DNA of 64,000 nucleotides from a virus (taxonomy: Duplodnaviria > Heunggongvirae > Uroviricota > Caudoviricetes), in the IMG/VR virus record IMGVR_UViG_3300042484_000872, positions 48,338 to 112,337 of that record; one strand, written 5' to 3'. The first letter of the stretch is position 1; the number at the start of each line of letters is the position of its first letter. This document shows positions 56,849-64,000 of the stretch, piece after piece. The position numbers and the translations under genes are program-made. The notes below the pieces were generated by a model. That model saw only the letters and a list, made by a program, of their open reading frames with translations, was not told the DNA's origin and made no database searches.

Positions 56849-57256
56849 ATGGAAATACAAATAATACTGAACAGGATTCAGTGTAAAGGCTGTGGAGAAG
56901 TTTTAACATCATATAACAGACATGATTATAAAACATGTGGATGTGAGAATGAAACAATGATAGATGGTGGTACAGATTATCAACGCTATGGAGGAAAAGA
57001 TCTTTCATTAGTAGATAGTAGTTCTACTATATATCTATCAGATGATCATATGATGAATAGAAGTGCTGCACATTGGGGCAATAGAGGTAAAGATGGTAGA
57101 AGTCCTCTATCATATAAATCTATAGCAGATATGTCAAATGATCACATCATTAATATTCTTTTAGATATGGGAGGTAAAATAGCTCCATGGATGGAAAGAA
57201 TTATGAATGATGAAATATTATATCGTATAAAAAATAAAGTAACAATAGATGACTAA
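56849..57256 (+). CDS. Zn-ribbon protein
   Basis: CKGCGE...CGCEN; 135 aa. Confidence 0.45.
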   Translation: MEIQIILNRIQCKGCGEVLTSYNRHDYKTCGCENETMIDGGTDYQRYGGKDLSLVDSSSTIYLSDDHMMNRSAAHWGNRGKDGRSPLSYKSIADMSNDHIINILLDMGGKIAPWMERIMNDEILYRIKNKVTIDD

Positions 57257-57479
57257 CGCAATTACAATTAACAAAACACCTGCTTTTAATGAAATTCACT
57301 ATGAAGGACATGTTGAGCATGAAGGAAGATATCATTATTTTTGGCTAGTCTATCCTCAAGGATTAGATGTAAATGGTCATGGTTATGAAATTGAAATTCG
57401 ATGGTTTTTCAGTAGAGTACCAAGGGAGATACGAGCTTTGTATCCACAAATTATAGAAGCATTTAAACAAACTTTATGA
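57249..57479 (+). CDS. hypothetical protein
   Basis: 76-aa ORF. Confidence 0.4.
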   Translation: MTNAITINKTPAFNEIHYEGHVEHEGRYHYFWLVYPQGLDVNGHGYEIEIRWFFSRVPREIRALYPQIIEAFKQTL

Positions 57480-57856
57480 ACATATTTAAAGTGATACCAC
57501 TAGATGTATATGGACATGATATAGTTGTATCTATAGGACAATCAGATGATGATCTTTATGAACACATTCAAGAGAATATACCTAGAAAACAGTTTGATAA
57601 ACATATGGCTAATCAAAAATCTATAGCAACTACTCACAAACTAAAAACTGGAGCTATTCTTATAAGATTTAAAGATGACATAGATGATCCAGGGATTGTA
57701 GCTCATGAAGCTTTACATGCTGTTGTATTCTTATTTAAGAAAATAGGGATAGATTTTGCATATGAATCAGAAGAAGCTTATGCTTACACATTAGAATATT
57801 TAACTAATCAAATTTTAAAAATCAAAAAAGATGAAAACATGGATATGGGAGAATGA
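57476..57856 (+). CDS. small HExxH zinc-metallopeptidase-like protein
   Basis: VAHEALHAVVF (HExxH) with Glu residues ~20 aa downstream (ESEEAY); 126 aa. Confidence 0.4.
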   Translation: MNIFKVIPLDVYGHDIVVSIGQSDDDLYEHIQENIPRKQFDKHMANQKSIATTHKLKTGAILIRFKDDIDDPGIVAHEALHAVVFLFKKIGIDFAYESEEAYAYTLEYLTNQILKIKKDENMDMGE

Positions 57857-58285
57857 ACATCTATTTGTAATAAATAGAGAGTTACAGAAATTAATAGATG
57901 ATAAGATAGTTAAGACTGTTGTATCAATGTCTTTAGTAGCTACAGAAGATCCAAAAGGATCATTGTCATTATATAGTGCAATATTAATCTATAAATGATA
58001 TGACACATACAGTGATCCAAGGGAATGAATGTTATATCTATATGAATGGAAGACTTATTCATAAGACTAGAACAGACAATTCAGAATCAGGCGTAACATT
58101 TGATGTAATGGCCTATAGAAAGAATGACACATTAAAATCAATTAAATTATGAAAGAATATACTGTATGGGTAGGAGGAGTAGAAGTTAATGACTACCATC
58201 TTACAAAAGAAGAAGCTGAGAATTTAGCTTTTGAATATGAAAATGATGGACATGATGATGTAATAATTGAAAAAATAAATAAACA

Positions 58286-59338
58286 ATGATAAAAGGAACA
58301 GCAAAAACAGAAGCTCAATATAGAGCAACACCAATGGATTCATCGAGTTCATTGAAGGATTTCTCAACAGATAGAAAGAAGTATTATAAAAAGTTTTTTC
58401 TTGGAGAGAAAGTAGAAGATAAAGATAGCTCAGCAGCTAATATGGGTAGAATAGTTGAAACCCTACTTATGGAACCACATCTATTTGATGATAAGTTCTA
58501 TATGTCATCTTGTATATCTACACCAACAGGACTTATGTTAGATTTTGTTGAAGCATTATATCGTGTAACAAGAGATGCTACAGATGAGAAAGGTAAGATT
58601 ACTAGAAACTTTTCAGATATATCATTAGAAGCTTATGAGAAATCAGGATTTAAGATTAAATACGAAGCTGTAATAGGTAAATTTCAAGGAAGTGATGCAG
58701 AACTATATTATAATGAAATTAGAATGGTTAGAAGTAAGAATCTAACTGTTGTGAATACATTAGAAATAACTATTGCTGAGAAGATTGTAGAACAACTTAA
58801 GACTAATAGTACAACAGCTCCAATTGTTAATCTTGTAAATAGCTCTAGATATGAAATCATAGATCAGATGCAAGTAGAAGGATACACAATTGATGGACAT
58901 TTGTTCAAGAGTATGTTAGATAAAGTGGTGATTGATCATGAGAAGAAGACTATACAACCATATGATCTTAAGTGCACATGGTCTGTAGAGAACTTCTATG
59001 AAGAATATTACTTGTACAGAAGAGCGTACATCCAAGCGTACTTATATTTTCATGCAATGCTACATCTTGTAAGAGATGAAGAAAGTCCATATTATCAGTA
59101 TCAAGTAGAATATCTGAAATTCATTGTGTGTGATAGCACAAATTATTATCAACCATTGATATACACTCTTGATCTATTTGATATGAATGATGCATATGAA
59201 GGATTTGTACACAAAGGAAGAACTTATCCTGGTGTAAAAGATTTGATAGCAGCATTAACTTGGTGTAGAGAAACAAATACATGGAACATAAGCCACAAAA
59301 ACTATTTATCTAACGGAATTGTAAATATCAAGGGATAG
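58286..59338 (+). CDS. hypothetical protein, possible PD-(D/E)xK nuclease
   Basis: VVIDHEKK...PYDLKCTW resembles D...(D/E)xK; weak. Confidence 0.3.
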   Translation: MIKGTAKTEAQYRATPMDSSSSLKDFSTDRKKYYKKFFLGEKVEDKDSSAANMGRIVETLLMEPHLFDDKFYMSSCISTPTGLMLDFVEALYRVTRDATDEKGKITRNFSDISLEAYEKSGFKIKYEAVIGKFQGSDAELYYNEIRMVRSKNLTVVNTLEITIAEKIVEQLKTNSTTAPIVNLVNSSRYEIIDQMQVEGYTIDGHLFKSMLDKVVIDHEKKTIQPYDLKCTWSVENFYEEYYLYRRAYIQAYLYFHAMLHLVRDEESPYYQYQVEYLKFIVCDSTNYYQPLIYTLDLFDMNDAYEGFVHKGRTYPGVKDLIAALTWCRETNTWNISHKNYLSNGIVNIKG

Positions 59339-59343
59339 ACAAT

Positions 59344-59910
59344 ATGACAATAAAGAAAACAATAACCAGCATCTTTATGGTGCCAACATTAAAATTTCCT
59401 AAAGATGCTCTAAAGAGTAATGGATTTATTAATGGATATGTAAAAGATGATAGAAAAGATGCACAGTATGAAAATGCTGTGTATATTCTATTCAAACCAG
59501 ATGATCTAGATAAGTTTAGAGAGTTTCTAGACAATGAATATGAAAGAACCAAAAACATAATAGAAGATTATGATTATGAAGATGGTTATGTCGTAGTGGT
59601 GTATCAGCTTAATGAGAAATTCAAAAAAGATTATGCACTTATTAGAGATGGTAAATATTCTCAGACATCAAAAGCATTTCAAAATGAATTTCCAAAATCT
59701 GTAAAGATTATAAAATCAGGACTCAGTAAAGATGAACTAAGTTTGCAGAGCAGAGTTTTTGCAAAGAGTAAGGATCTTATAGAATTCTGGGAAGAGAAGC
59801 TTGGTATTACATTTGAAGATGAGTATGAAGTGTGGGAAGGATTCGATGAATCAAAAGAAATTTTAGAACTTGATAAAATAAAAGAAGTATGTGCAACAGA
59901 GATATCTTAG
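59344..59910 (+). CDS. hypothetical protein
   Basis: 188-aa ORF. Confidence 0.45.
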   Translation: MTIKKTITSIFMVPTLKFPKDALKSNGFINGYVKDDRKDAQYENAVYILFKPDDLDKFREFLDNEYERTKNIIEDYDYEDGYVVVVYQLNEKFKKDYALIRDGKYSQTSKAFQNEFPKSVKIIKSGLSKDELSLQSRVFAKSKDLIEFWEEKLGITFEDEYEVWEGFDESKEILELDKIKEVCATEIS

Positions 59911-60092
59911 AAGCGATTATAGAAGAAGTAGGAAGTGATAAAGCTGCAGAGTTTTGTCATTTAGCTAGCTTGATGTATGATATTAAATATCAAGCATCAA
60001 AAACTAAAGATCCACTAACAGAATATGATTTTGAAAGAGTGTGGTGGTTAGACGCAGGAATAGCATTAAACAAACAATTAACAATAGATTAG
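59889..60092 (+). CDS. hypothetical protein
   Basis: 67-aa ORF. Confidence 0.35.
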   Translation: MCNRDILEAIIEEVGSDKAAEFCHLASLMYDIKYQASKTKDPLTEYDFERVWWLDAGIALNKQLTID

Positions 60093-60093
60093 T

Positions 60094-60489
60094 ATGAAAG
60101 GATTAGAATTGATAGAAAAGTATCCAGCAGCAGGTAAAATAGTAAAAGAGTGGTTTTTTAAATCAATGCTTGAATCATTTAAAGATGATACAGTGCCTGA
60201 TGAGTTTAAAGAATACATGCTTGAGCAAGGAATAGAAGATGATAAGATAGGTGTATTAATAGATGTTAATCCTAGAATGTTATTTGATGTATTTGATGAG
60301 AATGATGTTATTATTCAAATTATTCCAATCAAAGAAGATAAAGTCAAATATCTTTCAAGAGTTAATCAATTTGAAACTCCTTATGATTTTAGAAGACCTT
60401 ATTTTACTAGAAAAGAAGCAGAATTAGCTGCTATAGAAGCTGCATTTGAAATCTTAGAGAATAACTTATCTCCAAAAGTAGAAGAATAA
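60094..60489 (+). CDS. hypothetical protein
   Basis: 131-aa ORF. Confidence 0.45.
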   Translation: MKGLELIEKYPAAGKIVKEWFFKSMLESFKDDTVPDEFKEYMLEQGIEDDKIGVLIDVNPRMLFDVFDENDVIIQIIPIKEDKVKYLSRVNQFETPYDFRRPYFTRKEAELAAIEAAFEILENNLSPKVEE

Positions 60490-60541
60490 TTAGGAATAAC
60501 CAGGGAGATGATGTATATTTGTCTCCCTTAATTTAAAAAAT

Positions 60542-60880
60542 ATGAGAACAAATAAAGAATTTAATGATAAGTACGATGCTTATTTAGAAAAAGATCATGG
60601 AGGTATGCAAATACAAGTTCCAGCAGTGTTAAGTTATATTGATCAAATCTTTAATGACCTTACAGAGATTCCTGGTTTTCAATATCAACAAATCAAAACT
60701 AAATTTGGTTTAGCTAGAGTGCATACAAATCTTGAAGAAATTATGCCATTCGTAGGAAGAGTGATAAATCAAGAAATTGAAGAGAAGATTAACTTTATTC
60801 TTAAAGTGGAATACGAGGTAGAGAATAGATTAAGAAGTTTAAATCTAGACAAAGATGGAAAGACTATTCAACCAGTATAA
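60542..60880 (+). CDS. hypothetical protein
   Basis: 112-aa ORF. Confidence 0.45.
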   Translation: MRTNKEFNDKYDAYLEKDHGGMQIQVPAVLSYIDQIFNDLTEIPGFQYQQIKTKFGLARVHTNLEEIMPFVGRVINQEIEEKINFILKVEYEVENRLRSLNLDKDGKTIQPV

Positions 60881-61115
60881 GAACATGTTAATTGTACATC
60901 CAGGATATCAAGGATATGTTTGTGGATACAATGATGCTCACATCATCTTAGCTGTAGAAACTAAAGATGATAAGAACTTCTGGAGAAAGCTACAAAATCC
61001 ATACATCATGGAAGAGTATAAAGATACTAAGTATAGATATGTCTTTGAAGATGAAAGAGAACTTGTAAAACAATTTACAAATGGCACAAATAAGAAAGTT
61101 GACATTAAAGACTAA
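60855..61115 (+). CDS. hypothetical protein
   Basis: 86-aa ORF. Confidence 0.4.
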   Translation: MERLFNQYKNMLIVHPGYQGYVCGYNDAHIILAVETKDDKNFWRKLQNPYIMEEYKDTKYRYVFEDERELVKQFTNGTNKKVDIKD

Positions 61116-61258
61116 ACTCTTACTGTATGAGTATAAAGAAATGTATCCTGAGTTATCAGCAGAGTTCATAGCAGATTTATTTCATATAGAACTTCCAAGT
61201 GTAAAAAAGTTATTTGAAGAAGGAGAGATTGATGTTCCATCTAAAATGAATAAATAAT

Positions 61259-61435
61259 ATGGATGATAAAAAAGAATTTATACTAGGAGTAGATTATTAC
61301 TTAGAGGATGGAAGAATTCATTTCACTAAAGAGTATCTATTAAAGACTAAGAAACAATGCTGTGGTAATGATTGCAGACATTGTTGTTTTGATAAGCGTG
61401 AAAAAGGAAATACATCACTTAGAACAAGTGAATAA
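61259..61435 (+). CDS. 58-aa Cys-cluster peptide (CCGNDCRHCCF)
   Basis: Hand-translated MDDKKEFILGVDYYLEDGRIHFTKEYLLKTKKQCCGNDCRHCCFDKREKG.... Preceded by a 38-aa ORF at 61142-61258. Confidence 0.3.
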   Translation: MDDKKEFILGVDYYLEDGRIHFTKEYLLKTKKQCCGNDCRHCCFDKREKGNTSLRTSE

Positions 61436-61466
61436 AAAGTTCTGTTCTGTTTTTTAATTGTTGAGA

Positions 61467-61494
61467 AGGCCCTAGAGAAATCTGGGGCTTTTTT
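61467..61494 (+). terminator. stem-loop AGGCCC-N12-GGGCTT + T6
   Basis: Read directly; a second hairpin AACCCCA-attta-TGGGGT follows at 61585-61605. Confidence 0.4.
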
Positions 61495-61540
61495 ATCCTC
61501 AACCCATTTTTCCCAAAAACAGATCAGAAATACCTATTTT

Positions 61541-61660
61541 GTCACAAATGTATTCTAAATTTGTTACAAATCGTGGATAGATAAACCCCAATTTATGGGG
61601 TCTTTCTTACCACAAAAGGTCAAGTAAATGAAGTCGGAAACTTGACATTTTACTTGGAAA
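61541..61660. promoter_or_regulatory. operator-like nested palindromes upstream of recA
   Basis: ACAAAT-N9-ATTTGTtACAAAT (61544-61571) and GTCAAGT-N14-ACTTGAC (61619-61646), overlapping AAGTAAATG / CATTTTACTT. Confidence 0.4.
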
Positions 61661-61705
61661 AAACACAAAAATTAACTATCTTTAAACAATTAAAACAATT
61701 AAATA

Positions 61706-62761
61706 ATGGCAAAAAAAGCAGTGGCTAAAGAAACTAATAACAAGTTTCAAGAAGCAATGGACAAATTGAACAAGACTTATGGTGTTGGTTCAATATTAGC
61801 GTTAGATTCTAAAGCAGGAGGAGATTATGATGTAATCAGTACAGGTAGTATTGGTTTTGATCACATCACTCTTGGTGTAGGAGGATTTGTAAAGGGAAAA
61901 CTCTATGAACTTATGGGCTGGGAGGGCACAGGTAAATCTACAATATGTGGACATGCTGCAGCTGAATGCCAGAAGAAAGGTGGAACTGTTCTATATATCG
62001 ATGGTGAGCATGCTGTTGATAAGAGCTATTTCAAGAAATTAGGTGTAGATACTACTAAGATGTTAATCTCTCAACCATCTTGTGGTGAGGAAGGATTCAA
62101 CATTGCAATGGAAATGATCAACACTGGAGAGATAGATCTTGTAATCATAGATTCAGATTCATCTCTTATACCTAAGAAGATGCTTGATGGTGATGTAGGA
62201 GACTCTACAATCGGTAGAAAAGCTTTATTGAATAGTAATGCCTATCCAAAGCTTAAAGGTGCTCTATCACAACATAATGTATGTGTAATTGTAATCTCTC
62301 AATACAGAGAGAAGATTGGTGTTATGTTTGGTAATCCTACTACTACACAAGGTGGTCATGCTCTTAAATTCTACAGTGATGTAAGAATAGAAGTGTCTAG
62401 AAGTTTAGCTAAAGATGGTGATGTAACTTATGGTAATATCACTAAGCTAAAAGCTATCAAGAACAAAATGTCTCCTCCATATAGAAAATCAGAGTTTGAA
62501 ATTGTTTATGGATTAGGTATAGACAAACTTGATGAGATGATGAGTCTTCTTAATGAGTTTGAACTAGGACGTAAGTATGGTAAAACTATGACTGTAGATG
62601 GAACTAAGTATGACTTAGAAGAATTCAAACAGTTAGTAATAGATAATCCAGAGTTCTATGATGAACTAAAAGAGAAGATTGTAGCTGCAATTAATCAAAC
62701 TGATCTTCCTATAGAGGAAGTAGAAGTTGAAGAGGATGTTGTTGTTCCAGTATCAAGTTAA
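61706..62761 (+). CDS. recA: RecA-family recombinase
   Basis: GKLYELMGWEGTGKSTICGHAAAE...LYIDGEHAVDKSYFKKLGVD...LVIIDSDSSL parallels RecA GRIVEIYGPESSGKTT...FIDAEHALD...LGVD...VVDSVAAL. Confidence 0.75.
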   Translation: MAKKAVAKETNNKFQEAMDKLNKTYGVGSILALDSKAGGDYDVISTGSIGFDHITLGVGGFVKGKLYELMGWEGTGKSTICGHAAAECQKKGGTVLYIDGEHAVDKSYFKKLGVDTTKMLISQPSCGEEGFNIAMEMINTGEIDLVIIDSDSSLIPKKMLDGDVGDSTIGRKALLNSNAYPKLKGALSQHNVCVIVISQYREKIGVMFGNPTTTQGGHALKFYSDVRIEVSRSLAKDGDVTYGNITKLKAIKNKMSPPYRKSEFEIVYGLGIDKLDEMMSLLNEFELGRKYGKTMTVDGTKYDLEEFKQLVIDNPEFYDELKEKIVAAINQTDLPIEEVEVEEDVVVPVSS

Positions 62762-62784
62762 CTTATTTAATACAGAATTATAAA

Positions 62785-63099
62785 ATGACAGAACAAGATT
62801 TTGATATCTTAGTGCAACAGCGTGTGCAGAAGATACAACAAACATTAATTGAAAAAGGTAAGGAGTATAGAAGAGGGAATGACCCTCTTCACAACTTCAA
62901 TGTAGCAGCTAGATTAGGTAACACTACTAGAGAAAAAGCTTTATGGGGATTTGCTCTTAAGCATTATGTATCTTTTATGGATATGCTAAATGATGTAGAG
63001 AAAGGAAGTTTTCCTAAAGAAGAACATATTGACGAAAAAATAGGAGATTTAATTAATTACTTGATTCTATGTGAAGCAAGTTTAAAAGATAGATTATGA
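62785..63099 (+). CDS. hypothetical protein
   Basis: 104-aa ORF. Confidence 0.45.
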   Translation: MTEQDFDILVQQRVQKIQQTLIEKGKEYRRGNDPLHNFNVAARLGNTTREKALWGFALKHYVSFMDMLNDVEKGSFPKEEHIDEKIGDLINYLILCEASLKDRL

Positions 63100-63368
63100 C
63101 ATTAGGAGAAAAACTAAGTCCAATATTATCTGAGATAGAAGGTACATTGTTAGATAATTATGAAACTAAACCTGGATTCGATGATGAAGGGTTTAGAGCT
63201 TCAATCTTTATTTTTCAAAGTGCATTATTAGATAAAATGTGGGAGCTTCAAGAAAAAGAAAACCTTCCAATTGAAACAAGAGCAGATATGGCAACAAAGT
63301 GTGGTGAAGCCATTAGAAGTTTAGTTAAAACTTTTACAGATATAGACACACATAATCTTTATAAATAA
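63096..63368 (+). CDS. hypothetical protein
   Basis: 90-aa ORF. Confidence 0.45.
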   Translation: MTLGEKLSPILSEIEGTLLDNYETKPGFDDEGFRASIFIFQSALLDKMWELQEKENLPIETRADMATKCGEAIRSLVKTFTDIDTHNLYK

Positions 63369-63374
63369 TATAAT

Positions 63375-63683
63375 ATGAAAAGTTACAATGAATTAGAAGC
63401 TCTTGTTATAGCATGGGCAACACAGAAAGGTATATTTGAAAATGGTACCTTTAGAGCACAAGCAATTAAAACACTTGAAGAATCAAATGAACTTTATGAA
63501 GCTATTGTTAATGATGATAGAGAAGAAGTAATTGATGCTCTGGGTGATATACTAGTTACAATCATTATACAAGCAGAGATGCAAGGATTAAGCTTAACAG
63601 AGTGTTTAGAAAGTGCTTACAATGTAATCTCTAAACGTACAGGTAAGATGGTAGATGGTCAATTTGTAAAAGATGCAAAATAA
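63375..63683 (+). CDS. MazG-like nucleotide pyrophosphohydrolase
   Basis: LEESNELYEA...EEVIDALGDILVTIII matches the MazG EExxE...E..GD motif pattern. Confidence 0.5.
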   Translation: MKSYNELEALVIAWATQKGIFENGTFRAQAIKTLEESNELYEAIVNDDREEVIDALGDILVTIIIQAEMQGLSLTECLESAYNVISKRTGKMVDGQFVKDAK

Positions 63684-63897
63684 GCTATTCTTTACATCGA
63701 TAAATGATATATGTAAGAAATGTGGGGGGTATAGATTTGCCCCCTACAATTCTAATACATCAGCTACAGTGAGACTTTGTCATTGTACACAGATATCAAA
63801 AGAAGAACTTATAATGAAAGCAATGAAAACAGTATTTTTTAATGATCCACCAGGAGATAGATCAAGTAGTCATAAAATAGATGATGATGAAGTGTAA
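63673..63897 (+). CDS. Zn-ribbon protein
   Basis: CKKCGG...CHC; 74 aa. Confidence 0.4.
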   Translation: MQNKLFFTSINDICKKCGGYRFAPYNSNTSATVRLCHCTQISKEELIMKAMKTVFFNDPPGDRSSSHKIDDDEV

Positions 63898-64000
63898 AAC
63901 ATGTGGAAAGAATTCTGATGGAGAATATTGTTTTCAACATAAAGCTAGAAAGCCCTTATCAACTGGTAAGGGTTTTTCTACTAAAATGTCTGGTATTTTA
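63887..64000 (+). CDS. Cys-containing protein, 5' part (runs off the right window edge)
   Basis: ATG at 63887, MKCKTCGKNSDGEYCFQHK..., no stop before the window end. Confidence 0.3.
   Translation, partial: MKCKTCGKNSDGEYCFQHKARKPLSTGKGFSTKMSGIL

Noticed and set aside
1-64000. Reverse transcriptase/DGR, toxin-antitoxin, integrase, CRISPR-Cas or restriction-modification loci
   Set aside because: No RT, integrase, methyltransferase, Cas or obvious TA motifs recognised in any listed ORF. Absence is by eye only and needs profile searches.

Overview
This AT-rich dsDNA window reads as part of a tailed phage genome. Ser/Thr-linker proteins, FISUMP domains and non-SD start contexts suggest a Bacteroidetes/Flavobacteriia host; that is inference. 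Two divergent arms meet at a ~300-bp switch region (24783-25083). The left arm (1-24782) is all minus strand. It carries the packaging and morphogenesis module: TerL, portal, an acidic scaffold-like protein, a putative capsid protein, an initiator-like tRNA-Met, structural proteins, a cassette of modular tail-fibre paralogs (FISUMP and tail-collar C-terminal domains, poly-Thr/Ser linkers), a metallophosphoesterase and a GIY-YIG homing endonuclease. The right arm (25084-64000) is all plus strand. It begins with ~35 small early genes, including tiny membrane proteins, acidic proteins and Zn-ribbons. These are followed by a MoxR-type AAA+/VWA pair, an SPFH-like lipoprotein, and a 1-kb ORF-free tRNA-like region flanked by HNH endonucleases. 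The replication module follows: compact exo+ family-B DNA polymerase, DnaB-like helicase, ParB-like nuclease, SF2 helicase, P-loop ATPase, SSB-like protein, TOPRIM primase, a UDG homolog with catalytic Asp replaced by Cys, a GHKL ATPase, RecA and MazG. There are at least five free-standing homing endonucleases (2 GIY-YIG, 3 HNH). One GIY-YIG sits next to a duplicated, diverged 5' fragment of the neighbouring helicase gene. Recurrent start-proximal motifs (TCCTTAATAAC x6; AACAATTAAA family including a 4x tandem array) and two copies of a hairpin/T-run/AAAGCTATGAGTA restart arrangement stand out. No CRISPR array, integrase or reverse transcriptase was seen. Function calls rest on motifs read by eye and need HMM/BLAST confirmation.
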